64,000 nt of DNA from Selaginella moellendorffii (lineage: Eukaryota > Plantae > Lycopodiophyta), in contig NW_003314338.1 of NCBI RefSeq assembly GCF_000143415.4, positions 738,216-802,215 on the forward strand, read 5' to 3'. The notes below the pieces were generated by a model, which worked only from the letters and a program-made list of their open reading frames with translations, had not been told where the DNA came from and did no database searches. A program made the translations under genes and the position numbers. Positions 23,957 through 34,790 of the stretch are shown piece by piece (position 1 is the first letter of the stretch; each line of letters begins with the position of its first letter).

Positions 23957-24418
23957 ATGCCAAACAACAAGCAAGGGTTTTCGGCAGCTTTCGAGATGGA
24001 TAACTCAATCTTAGACGATCTCTCGCCTGAGATATACTCCATGGTCGTCTCAAGGATAAGAGATTATGATGCTGGAAAAATGGGCGACAAGACGATGAGA
24101 GTAGATGGGTGGCACAATTTTCTCCAGGGGACGGAGGTGGATGATCAGTTCATTGCGTTTGTTGTGGCGAGGGGCGATGTGGAAAGGATAGAGATGAATT
24201 GCGCTACAGTGTCGAGCTTTAAAGATCACGGAGGTCGAAGGGTAGAAGATTTCAAGACCTTGGATGATGATTTCATTGAGAGCCAGATCAAAGTTTGGGG
24301 TGTGTCAAAAAATCACTTGATCATGGACTACACAGAGCTTTTTGAAAGCACAAATGGGAAGCCAAAAATATTCCCATTTGTCCGCCATGCTCAAGGAATG
24401 ATCTCTTGTAACCTTTGA
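23957..24418 (+). CDS. Orphan ORF with weak F-box-like N-terminus
   Basis: Open ~150-aa ORF (start uncertain: ATG 23957 or 23996); 'LDDLSPEIYSMVVSRI' resembles an F-box core; related copies at ~24855-25110(-), ~39940-40270(+), ~40850-40935(+). Confidence 0.4.
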   Translation: MPNNKQGFSAAFEMDNSILDDLSPEIYSMVVSRIRDYDAGKMGDKTMRVDGWHNFLQGTEVDDQFIAFVVARGDVERIEMNCATVSSFKDHGGRRVEDFKTLDDDFIESQIKVWGVSKNHLIMDYTELFESTNGKPKIFPFVRHAQGMISCNL

Positions 24419-24689
24419 GTAATCTCAAAGGTTATTTAAAAGGTGATTTAAGTTAGATTTATTTTCTTGAAGAATAAAACTATGCCAAAGATTAACTAAT
24501 TTTTATGAGTAAAGGTTTTAACATGTTAATCAATTTTTATATTGTGCCTTTGCCCCAAATGTTTTGACAGCAGTAAGCTTTTCAGTGATTGCCCAAGACG
24601 GCTTGAGGGACTGAAAGAAGGCTGGCTCGGTAGACCCAAGTCCTTGGCAATGGAAACAGTTTTAGATCCATACAATGATTCAAAGCCAC

Positions 24690-26315
24690 CATAAGCTGCA
24701 AGTAAATTGCATGAAAAAAACAAGCAAAGAAAGATTGAGGCTCCAAAACTAGATAATTTCTTCTTTTGCTTTCTGATGATGGGGAGATCACCACCATCAC
24801 TCTTGGCACAGGCTCCATCGCCATAATCTATAATTAAAAAAAGGAAAAGTACACATGTGCTTTCAAAATAATCCATGATTAAGCTGATCTTGGTCTCCAT
24901 TAAGTCCTCATCCAAAGTTTTGAAAACTTCAACCCATGATCTCTAAAGCTTGAAACTTTATTGCAATTCATCTCTGTTCTTTCCACATCGCCCCTCGTCA
25001 CAACAAATGCAATGAAACGATCATCCACCTCCATCCCCTGCAGGAAATAGTCTCACCCCTCCACTCTCACCGTCTTGTCGCCCATCTCGCCCACCACCGA
25101 CGACAGAGATTGTCCAATTTCCATAGCAGAAGCTGTGCAAAACTCTTGTTCGTTATTTGGTGCATCCATTCAACTATATAGTCAATTCCCTTTAGTCCAC
25201 GAAAGTCAACAAAAGTCAAATGGCTATGGCCCCGGAGGCCATGTACTTCCCAGCTCGATCTAACACCACTGCCTGGATGGCATCCGTGTGCCCTTGAAAC
25301 TCTCGAATTGGATCCACTTCTTTGGAAGTTGCCAGATCGTATAGAGTCACTGAGAAGGAAGAAAGCAACCAGGGAGGAGAGAAAGAGGACGCTCCCATTT
25401 GATGCTCAACGTCGATGGTGGCGTACTCGGAAACTTTGTGAAGATCTTTACGATCCCATTTGCATCTATAGACACCACCGTCCCTCCCCTGGAAGGTTCA
25501 AGACAAAGAGGTTCAAGAATCATGTGGGAGATTACTCGATCGGAAAGAGCTTATAACTTGGGAAGAGTTACCTTTGGGTCGAAAGCTGCGTGGTTGCAAG
25601 AGCTTTGGTGGCCGTAAGACGTTTGGACACAGAACGAGGAGCGCGCGTCCCACAAGCTGACTGTTTTGTCGCTGGAAGCCATGCAAGAATACTGTTGTAA
25701 GGCTGCCAAATGCAGCCATTTACCGTCTAGAAAATAAAAAACAACACGAGTCAGGCTAATCTGAATGGAAAGATACTTTCAATCTTGGCATGCCTGACGA
25801 GGTCCCAGATGCGTACGGTGTGATCCATGGAAGCACTGGCTAGAACTTCACCACTGTTATGGTACACACGTAAAGTTTGTGAAGAACAATAAAAAAGAGG
25901 GAGAGAGAATTTTGAGAACCTGTGTGTGATCCGAGAATGTGTGGATGCAGCAGGCCTTTTCAAAGCTCCAGACTTTGACTGTGCAGTCTCCAGACGATGA
26001 AGACATTTGCATCCCACTGCAAAGAGAAGAAGGCTAGATTTGAGGCTTGAGAAGTAAGAAGAAAAGTTTGGCACAACTTTGGATGAAAATCGATACCTGC
26101 CACCCTACTCTTGCGTCCATCTCCGGTCATGATCAGATCACCAGTGAGAAGACCCCACATTTGCCAGGTCGAATCATCTGAGGCTGTCACTGTAACTGGC
26201 TTCTTTGGATGAAGAATAACACTGCAAAAACCAATACAATACAGTAAGTCTTCAACTTGGAAGGAGGAAAACTAATAGAGAGAAGGGTTGCTAGAAAAAT
26301 TGAAAATTAATAGAA
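24690..26315 (-). pseudogene. Inverted partial copy of the PF20 3' half plus orphan ORF
   Basis: Reverse complement matches ~22526-24352 including introns (MTASDDSTWQMWGLLTGDL..., REFQGHTDAIQAVVLDRAGKYM), with deletions and frameshifts. Confidence 0.93.
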
Positions 26316-27399
26316 AAGCTTTGCTCGAAGACCAGTATGAAGTGGGGGTGCGATAGCAGCTTTCCTTCCATAATGCATTTGGGAGGGAGATGGAGGCATA
26401 ACGTATGGTTATGCCAAACTCCCACTCATGTAGCACAGGAGATCAAGAAGCAGGTGAGAATCTCGACTGGACAGAGCTCCTAGACTTGCTTTTGAGGGAA
26501 TCTGGTGAAGCGACTGGGGCTGCTCTTGCAAGATCCAAGGTTCAGTGCATCATCATGGCCTCCATCCAAGAGGATCTTCAGCAAAACATGCTAGCAGCAT
26601 GGGGATACCAAGAGGAGTGACCTGTTTGGTGGATGTTTAGAACATGGTGGAAGCAGACAAGGCTTTAGAGAAGGAGGCCAGATTTGTGAGTTAGAAATGG
26701 GCCTGCTCATCAAAAGAGGTGAAGATGCTTTGTGAAGCTATGTCCTACTGAAAGTTTGAAGATCACCGAGGAAAAAAGGAATTTGTAAAGGAAATGGCTA
26801 TGAAAGAGATACAGAGGGTGGAGGAGGCTATGAACGTGGCACGGGCCACTCTGGATTGCCAGATAAGCAAGATCCTTTTGCAAGAGGAGAAGATTCTCAG
26901 GTTGGAAGCTCAACTCTAGAAATCCAAGGACTTGAGAGAGGAGAATGCCCTTCTGGCACAACAAATAGTTGAGTTGCCGTGGAAGACACAGAGAACAAGA
27001 AGAGGAAATGTTAGAAGCCGTTCATCATGAGGCTCGACCTCTTAGGGCTCAGGACTTCTCTGAATCTGAAGAAGTCCTTCTGGCAAACCATTAATGTCAC
27101 AAATAGGGGTCAGAAGATAGTTTTGTGGTTGAAATATTGGTGCTTTAAAATACCTAAGGCATTTCAGTATTTTTAAAAATAGTTGTATGGTTCATGTCAT
27201 TTTTTGAACTAGCTATAAATTTGAGAAGTTAAACTAGCCTCACAGTAAAGGAGTCCAAGCAATACAGCTATGGAGAAAATATATACAAACAATAACACCA
27301 ATGTTACAATAAATGGCTAAAATAAAACAAGTAATATAGCTTTCTTACACAATAATATGGTCATGAAAACAAGAGAATGAGAATAGAGCAAACAATTTA

Positions 27400-28085
27400 A
27401 ATCATATAATAATATAGCTATAAAACTCAATTCCTCTTAAATGTTATCTAAGTCATATCCAAAACTCGAAAACACTTTATTCATCATTCAATTTTCCCCA
27501 TGTAGCTTTATCTTTGGAATAGCCATTCCACTAAACCAACAATTCTTAATTTTTCTTATAGCTTGTCTTCACCAATCTTTAGGGTGATGGAATGATCTAC
27601 AATATCACTAGTGTGCAAACACTTTTTAAGCTTATTCACATATAATGTTGAATGAATCTTCAAATTAACTAATAAGTCTAAAATGTAAGCAAAATCTCCC
27701 ACGCGCTACAAAATTGTCCAAGGCCCATAATACTATAAAAACAACTTAGCATTGCCACTTCTTTTTAAAGACTGTTGTGTATCCAACAATTTCAGGAAAA
27801 CTTTTATTATCAACTTTGTACTCTTGATGACGATGATGCTCATCAATAAATCTTTTATCTCTTTTTTGAGTTTGTCTCATATTCAGCTTTACTAACTCAA
27901 GCTTATTTTGCATATCCTTTATGAAATCACAAACATGGGCACTCGAACCAAAGATAAACTCAAATTCATAAGAGACTTAAGATCATATCCATATATCACC
28001 ATGAATAGAGAGATGTTAATAGTCAATTGATGAATACTATTGTGAGCAAATTGGAGCAAAGGCAAATATTTTTCCCATACTATGT
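27400..28085 (-). mobile_element. Degenerate Ty3/gypsy integrase-chromodomain remnant
   Basis: Minus-strand fragments WEKYLPLLQFAHNS, YYGPWTIL*RVGDFAY, ELLV*WNGYSKDKATW. Confidence 0.75.
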
Positions 28086-28526
28086 ATATAGTTTTTACAC
28101 TTTATCCTATAATGATTTACTAATAGAGTGGAACCTTAACCCTTAGACACATAGATTAAGGGTAATGGAATGAAATTTAAGTTTCAAAGCCTTAAGCCAT
28201 TGAACAAAAGGATAGAGCCAAATTCTCAAGTATATAGTGAAAGAGCAAATGAACCAAAACACAAAATGACTCTTAAATGAATAGCCTAAAGAGCAAAATG
28301 ACAAGAACATAGAGTGATATAAGAACAATTCTAAAGCATCTAGTATGTAAATGCTAGAAGCAACACACAAAACAAAGTTAAATGAAGTTTGGCACTATTT
28401 TGGACAAGGATATAAGTATTCCACTAGCTAGCATGGTATAAAGTTTGTAGAATAAAGAAGGCATGCAAGTGAGATGTTAAACTATATTTTAAGTTGGTTA
28501 GCAATGCTCAACCTTAGAGGAATACA

Positions 28527-28874
28527 TGTTTTGGGCTTTCACCCCAGTGTAAGGAACTAGTTCCCCGAGGTGTCATAAGATAAAGGATCCTTGAAACCAT
28601 GACCGGAATGATAAAGAGTTCACCGAATGAAACTGAATTTGAGATCGAGTTTGAGACTAAGTCCAAGATTGAGTTTGAGACCGAGTTTGAGATCGAGTTA
28701 GAAACCAACTCCAAGTCTGAGATCCAAGATTGGGTCCAAGATTGGCTCCAAGATTGAGTTCGAAACCAAATCCGAGGTCGGGTTTTAAATCAAGTCCAAG
28801 ATAAAGTCCGAGATTGAGTCCAAAACCGAGTCCGAATAATAATATAGGTCATCATGGGGTGAAAGCCCTAAACA
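28527..28874. repeat. 12-bp tandem array (GAGATCGAGTTT-like, ~28630-28835) inside 20-bp inverted repeats
   Basis: tgttttgggctttcacccca (28527-28546) and tggggtgaaagccctaaaca (28855-28874), 19/20 match as inverted repeats. Confidence 0.8.
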
Positions 28875-29591
28875 ATTGTTGCTAAAGGGGTTCCAAAAGT
28901 ATAGGAGGCATAGTGAGGATTAGAAACCAATTTTGAAGGAACTCTCCAATGGTGTTTACAAACTAAATTGAGGTTGAAATTGGAGATTAAGGGCTTTAGG
29001 TGGGAGTGAGCATGGACTCAAGTGGTGCTAGAAGGGCCACCCAAGGAAGTGCTTAAGAGCAACTCCCATTCTTAGAAAGGAAACCAATTGTAGTGCTCCC
29101 AGTTCATGTGGAGTGGTGCCCCACTTAAATGCCTAGTGGTTCATTGGTTTTCACTCCTTCCTAGTGGATTAGGCCTTCCTTTCAGGATGAAAGTGGGGGA
29201 GTAGGGGCACTTATACTAGGCCGTTAGGCCATAGTGCCCCCTGGGGCCCTGAAGCAAGTGATACATCCAAGGCTTGGGATTTAGAAGGTCCCATGATTAA
29301 GTTTTTTTGTACTATGAGATGTTAAAAACCTAGAGGTTTGATGTGTTTGGTTGTTTATGTTTCTGGGGAGTGTAGCCAAATTTTTAGTCCATTTTAATTT
29401 GGGAAGGGGGATTGGGAGAGAAATTGGGAATCTATGGATGGATGGTTAACACTTTATTGCTCGTGTAGTGAGTAGCTAAAACTAAATAGGATCAAACAAG
29501 AGTTGGTACAATAGGTGGGAACCATGGTGAGGGAACTTTATTAATGCCAAGGCAGTGGTAGTCGAATAAATAAAGTAAACTAACAAATTGG

Positions 29592-29978
29592 TGTCAAGAC
29601 CCCCAACAAGATCAAGACTGGAAAATGCTAAAGACAAAGAGAAAAAGCTAGTGAAAACAAAGAAGAGGCCTTAGATTGGTGTTGATTCAGATTGTGGAGA
29701 AATGGAACAAGGCTAACATATATATACTATAGGTTGATAAAGCTCCACCACTCTTGAATCGAGGACGGCCTAAATATAGCTGAGGTCGAGGAGGCGCCAT
29801 ATCATCATCAGGAATGTGGCTTGAGACTCAGGAATCGGGAAGTGTCTCGAGAGTCAGGAATAGGGAAGTGTCTCAAGAGTCAGGAATAGGGAAGTGTCTC
29901 GAGAGTCAGGAATGTGGTTTGCAGGTCAGGAATCCGGCGAGAGTCAAGAAATTGGCAAGAATTGGGGGATTCCTGACA
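29592..29978 (-). repeat. 3' LTR
   Basis: Matches 34791-35177; contains about three 26-bp internal repeats (GAGAGTCAGGAATAGGGAAGTGTCTC). Confidence 0.97.
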
Positions 29979-29989
29979 GCACCCCCTCC

Positions 29990-32900
29990 TCAAGAACGAG
30001 TGGAACGAGGATGTGAACGAGAACGAAGAGGAGGATGAGATGAGCGGCGAGGGATGGGAGATGGAGAAAAAGAATGAGGACTAGGACGAGAAGGATAGCG
30101 GCGGTGGAAGTCCTGAACAAGGTCAGGAGAATGAATCAGGTTGTCCGCAGGTTCCCAAGTGCGTTCCTCAGGTCCGTAACCCTTCCAGTCCACCAGATAG
30201 TAGAGTTTAGACCGTGAAATCTTGGAATCAAGGATGTCCTGAACCTCGTACTCAGACCCATCCTCGAGCTGTACTGGTGGAGGCGGAGGAATGACCCGAT
30301 TTGGAATAGGACTGGGAATATAAGGCTCAAGGAGAGAGGAGTGAAAAACGGGGTGAATTTGATATGAGGAGGGAAGTGCAAGGCGATAAGTGACAGGATT
30401 AATGATGGCAGTGATAGGGAAAGGACCAAGGTGTTTGAAATCGAGTTTTGGACAGGGCCTGGTGGTGGAGATATTTCGCCTGAGGAGCCAGACTTTATCC
30501 CCGATATTGTAAGGGGGACAATCCTGACGATGGACATTGGCAAATGTTTTATGAGATTCCTGAGCACGATGGAGGTGGAAGGAGATGGAGTTGTGGATTT
30601 CCTGGAGGTTGGAGATAAATGCCTCAGAGCGGGGATTTGAACGAGAGGATTCAGATGGAGAAGGAAGTGAGAGATTGAATCGGGGATTTCGGCCAGAGTT
30701 TGCAAAGAAGGGGGAAACTCGAAGAGAGGAGTGAACAGAGTTGTTATAGGAGAACTCAGCAAGAGGAAGGATATCGAACCAGTTATCCTGATGATAGTTG
30801 ATGAAGCACCTCAAGAATTGTTCCAACGTCTGAATCGTTCGCTCGGACTGCCCATCAGTTTGAGGATGATATGCCGAAGAGAGGTTGGCCTTCACTCCAA
30901 GCAGCTGCAAAAACCGTTGCCAGAAATGAGAGATGAACTGAGGCCCCCGATCTGAAACCACATCTGTAGGAATCCCATGAAGTCGGAAAATTTTCCTGAA
31001 TACCAGTTTTGCCATGTCCTCGCCCGAAAACTCCTTGGTACATGGCAAGAAGTGCGCCATCTTTGTGAAGCGATCCACCACGACTAAAATGCTGTTGAAG
31101 CCTCCAGAACTCGGAAGATCACTCAAGAAATCCATGGAGATGGATTCCCAAGGACCTGAAGGGACCGGAAGGGAACGAAGCAAACCTGAAGGAAGGTGGC
31201 GAGGTACTTTATTCCGGGCACAAGTGTCACAGGAGGTAACAAAAGCTTTGATGTAGTCGTCCATGTGAGGCCACCAAAAGTCCCGTGCAACTAGCTCATA
31301 GGTTTTCGCAATGCCGAAGTGACCAGCAGTCGGGCTATCGTGGCACGCCATCAGGACCAACCTTCGAGCATCACCTTCAGGAATGTAAAGCTGCTCCCCA
31401 CGGTACAATAAACCATCTAAGAACTCGAACTCGTCAAATCGCCGACAGTCGGGAGTCACTGGGTGTCCAGCCTGAAGATGGGGGAAAATGTCGCTAGCAA
31501 GATCATCGGATTGAAGATCGTTTCTGATTGCATCCATCAAGGAGGAGTCCTGAGGGGCCAGGGAAATTGCCATAACTTGAAGCCGATCAGGACCGAGGAT
31601 AACTTGATCCTGTTGATCGAAGTCAGGGTTACCAGGCCTGAGACTGAGATAGGAGTGCCTTGAAAGAGCATCAGAAAGGCCTTGAAACTTTCTAGGTCTG
31701 TACTTGATAACAAAGTCAAACCGACTTAGGAATTGGGCCCACCTTGCTTGACGACGGCTTAAAACTCGGGAAGTGGCAAAGTACTCGAGATTTTTGTGAT
31801 CCGTCCAGATTGTTGTTTGATGGCTCGCCCCCTCCAAGAAACGATGCCACTCTCCAAAGGAATCCACGATGGCAAGGAGCTCCTTGTCGTGGATTTCGTA
31901 ATTGATCTCCGCAGGCTGGAATTTCCGAGAATGGAAAGCGACTGGATGAAGTTTGTGATCCGCTCCAAGTTGAGACAGCACAGCACCAATGGCAAAGTCG
32001 GAGGCATCAGCCTCGATGAAGAAAGGTTGTGAGGAATCAGCATGGATCAAGACAGGAGCAGAACTGAAGGCCGCCTTGAGTGTGTCGAAGGCCTGCTGGG
32101 CAGCAGCAGACCAAGAGAAGGGAACATCCTTGCGAGTGAGATGTGTGAGAGGAAGGACAATGTCAGAGTAGTGATCAATGAATTTGCGGTAGAAGTTGGC
32201 GAAGCCAAGGAAAACCTGAACGTCCGACATTGATTGTGGAGGCTCCCATTCGAGAATAGTCTTGACTTTGGCAAGATCCATCGTGATACCCTCAGGAGTG
32301 ACAATGTACCCAAGGAACTCCACAGACTGCTGATCAAAGGAACATTTCTCAAGCTTCGCGTATAGGCCGTGTTCTCGCAGCTTCGCTAGCACCTTGCGTA
32401 CATGTTCGTCATGCTCCTCCTGAGTTTTTGAGTAGATGAGGATGTCATCGAGGTAGACGATCACCATCTGATCAAGAAACTCCTGAAAGACGTCCTTTGC
32501 CATGTGTTGGAAAACTGCTGGAGCATTTGTCAAGCCAAATGGCATGACAGTGTACTCGAAGTGGCCATAGCGGGTTCGGAACGCAGTCTTCCATTCATCA
32601 CCAGGCCGGATCCGGATCAGGTTGTATGCTCCACGGAGGTCGATCTTGGTGAAGAAGCGGGCACCGCCGAGACGTTCCAACAGGTCCGAGATCGGGGGCA
32701 GCGGATAACGGTTCCGAACAGTCACCTTGTTCAAACCTCGGTAGTCGATGACTAGCCGCAAGCTCCCATCCTTCTTCTTGACAAAGAAGACAGGCGCTCC
32801 AGCCGGGGACTGCGAATGCTGAATGTAGCCTGAGGCAAGGTTCTCATCCACGTACTCTTTGAGGGCCTTAAGCTCGGACAGGGATAACCCGTAGATAGGC

Positions 32901-33748
32901 CCCCACGGAGGTGACGCTCCTTCCTGTAAATCAATGGGACAATCATAAGGCCGATGAACAGGCAGTACACTAGCTTTTTTCTTGTCAAACACATCCCCAA
33001 AATCATGATACTTCTCAGGAAGACTGACAGGAAAAACATGCAAAGCAAAAAGAAAAAGAGGTTCTTCATGAAGGAGTTCTTTCATAGTGATTGTGGAGAT
33101 AGGAGGAGGCGTACGACTAAATGGAATGATGAGACGAGGATACGGTCCAGTGTAAGATGGAAGAGAGGAAAAAGAAGAGGGTGAAAACTTTATAGAGTCA
33201 GGAACAGAACCCCGATTTGAGTTTAGGGAACTTTTCCTGATTCGGACTCGATGAACAGTAGGGGAAGCCATGGGAGAGATGAGCTGTAATTCCTTCCAAC
33301 AGATTTGAGGCTGATGTAGTTGGAACCAAGGAAGACCGAGCACCACAGAGGAGGACTTGTTGTTGATGATATTGAAGGCGATATCGGTGACGGTGGACCC
33401 GATGTGTACTCGAACGGGCAATGTTTCCCTAAGTCCAGAAGATGGAGACACAAAATGCCCGCCGATGCCTTCAACCCTCAAATCCCGTATGGTAGGAGAA
33501 AGAGGAACGTGATGTCGGGCAGCAAAGTCCGTGTCCATGAAGCAGGAAGTTGCACCCGAGTCCAGTAACGCCAGAGCCTTGAGTCCCGATTGTCCGGTGA
33601 AAGAAAGGAGACATGGGACGCGGAAGTTGTGGGAATTGGTGGTGGCTTTGATGAAAGGTGGTGAGGAGCTTGATAAAGAAGAAAAGTGATTTTTATTCGG
33701 GGAGTCCAAACAGACAGCTCCTACTCTGTTTGGACAGGGTCGTTTCCC
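29990..33748 (-). CDS. pol: Pol polyprotein (PR-RT-RNaseH-IN-chromodomain), predicted to be reached by -1 frameshift
   Basis: Open ORF: LLDSGATSCF (PR), YLDD (RT), EADASD/KELLAI/TDHKNL (RNase H), H-H-C-C and D-D-E (IN), YEVQDILDSK...YLVDWKGYGPEERTWEP (chromodomain). Confidence 0.96.
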   Translation of the reverse strand, partial: GKRPCPNRVGAVCLDSPNKNHFSSLSSSSPPFIKATTNSHNFRVPCLLSFTGQSGLKALALLDSGATSCFMDTDFAARHHVPLSPTIRDLRVEGIGGHFVSPSSGLRETLPVRVHIGSTVTDIAFNIINNKSSSVVLGLPWFQLHQPQICWKELQLISPMASPTVHRVRIRKSSLNSNRGSVPDSIKFSPSSFSSLPSYTGPYPRLIIPFSRTPPPISTITMKELLHEEPLFLFALHVFPVSLPEKYHDFGDVFDKKKASVLPVHRPYDCPIDLQEGASPPWGPIYGLSLSELKALKEYVDENLASGYIQHSQSPAGAPVFFVKKKDGSLRLVIDYRGLNKVTVRNRYPLPPISDLLERLGGARFFTKIDLRGAYNLIRIRPGDEWKTAFRTRYGHFEYTVMPFGLTNAPAVFQHMAKDVFQEFLDQMVIVYLDDILIYSKTQEEHDEHVRKVLAKLREHGLYAKLEKCSFDQQSVEFLGYIVTPEGITMDLAKVKTILEWEPPQSMSDVQVFLGFANFYRKFIDHYSDIVLPLTHLTRKDVPFSWSAAAQQAFDTLKAAFSSAPVLIHADSSQPFFIEADASDFAIGAVLSQLGADHKLHPVAFHSRKFQPAEINYEIHDKELLAIVDSFGEWHRFLEGASHQTTIWTDHKNLEYFATSRVLSRRQARWAQFLSRFDFVIKYRPRKFQGLSDALSRHSYLSLRPGNPDFDQQDQVILGPDRLQVMAISLAPQDSSLMDAIRNDLQSDDLASDIFPHLQAGHPVTPDCRRFDEFEFLDGLLYRGEQLYIPEGDARRLVLMACHDSPTAGHFGIAKTYELVARDFWWPHMDDYIKAFVTSCDTCARNKVPRHLPSGLLRSLPVPSGPWESISMDFLSDLPSSGGFNSILVVVDRFTKMAHFLPCTKEFSGEDMAKLVFRKIFRLHGIPTDVVSDRGPQFISHFWQRFLQLLGVKANLSSAYHPQTDGQSERTIQTLEQFLRCFINYHQDNWFDILPLAEFSYNNSVHSSLRVSPFFANSGRNPRFNLSLPSPSESSRSNPRSEAFISNLQEIHNSISFHLHRAQESHKTFANVHRQDCPPYNIGDKVWLLRRNISTTRPCPKLDFKHLGPFPITAIINPVTYRLALPSSYQIHPVFHSSLLEPYIPSPIPNRVIPPPPPVQLEDGSEYEVQDILDSKISRSKLYYLVDWKGYGPEERTWEPADNLIHSPDLVQDFHRRYPSRPSPHSFSPSPIPRRSSHPPLRSRSHPRSTRS
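33664..33748 (-). promoter_or_regulatory. Predicted -1 ribosomal frameshift signal (G GGA AAC plus pseudoknot)
   Basis: Heptamer 33748-33742, 6-nt spacer, 11-bp stem (33735-33725 with 33714-33704); loop AGGAGCT can pair with AGCTCCT at 33670-33664. Confidence 0.85.
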
Positions 33749-34692
33749 GACTGCAATAGAGGTGGACTTTGAGGCAGAGTGAACTCGAGCAGTCGAGGAG
33801 GCTTCTTGGGACATACAACTGCTTTATGATTAGGATCAGCACAATAGAGGCAAAGATTATGAGATATTCGACGTTGCTTCTCAGCAGGACTCAACTTCCC
33901 TCTAATGAGTCGGGGAGTACCAGAAATATCCATTGGAACCGGAGCAGTAGGTTCAGGAGTATGCCCCGAAGACTCAAGCTGGGATTCCTGAGTCTGGGAC
34001 GGAAAAACAGTGGCGCGGCGACTTTCCTGACGACGTTCAAAGAGACGATTGTCACATCAAACAGCTTTGTTGATGGCATCCGATAGGTCCTTGGGATCCT
34101 CCATGGTGAGCAACAAATCCTTGACACCGTTGTTGAGGCCGAAACGAAATTGGTCAATCAGGGCCCGCTCATCCCACTGAGTGTCCAAAGCAAGGAGTTG
34201 GAACTCTGCAGCATAGATCGAGGCAGGACGAGACCCTTGAGAGAGACGTCTCATCTTTGTGGTAGCAGCCCGAACCCGATCCGTCTCACCAAAACATGCT
34301 TCGAGCTTCTCTTTGAACAATTGAAGATCCATCAGTTCTGGAACCACGACCCCTTTCATGCTCTTCTCCAAAAGAGGAGAAAACCATGACAAAGCTGCAC
34401 CTTCGAGCAACGTCCCAATCACGCCGATTTGAGACTCGAGAGTAGGGTACCGCCGATGTTGAAGTGCGAAGATCAACTCCATCTAGTTCAGGAATCCGCG
34501 AAGCTCCGAACGCTTGCCTGAAAATTTCGCCGGGAAGCTCACCTTCGGTTCAGGAACTTTGCTGGATCCTTGAGCCGAAAGTGAAGCAAGCTCCTGCTGC
34601 ATGCGAAGAAGGGTCGCCTTCAGCTCGGTATTCTCAAACTGGATTTTTGCAAGGACTTCAGCAAAGAAATCAGGATGGCTTGGAGACTCCAT
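33721..34692 (-). pseudogene. gag: Gag with two in-frame nonsense codons
   Basis: MESPSHPDF...FPAKFSGKRSELRGFLN*MELIF...DAINKAV*CDNRL...CLYCADPNHKAVVC (CCHC knuckle); all three pieces are in one frame; stops TAG at 34483-34485 and TGA at 34057-34059. Confidence 0.92.
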
Positions 34693-34790
34693 TGGCAAGA
34701 AGAAAGAAAAAAGGGGGAAAAAAAGGCAAAGGTAATCAAACAATCAAAGCGAGCTAAAAGAAAAGCAAAAAACAACAATCTGAATCAAAC

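Noticed and set aside
29825-29915. 26-bp repeats as a CRISPR-like array
   Set aside because: Head-to-tail with no unique spacers; lies inside an LTR in eukaryotic DNA.
29814-30038. ORF MWLETQESG... (also 35013-35264)
   Set aside because: Translation of LTR internal tandem repeats.
34483-34485. Programmed readthrough or editing of the gag stops
   Set aside because: Two separate stops, each one C-to-T step from a sense codon; mutation is the simpler explanation.
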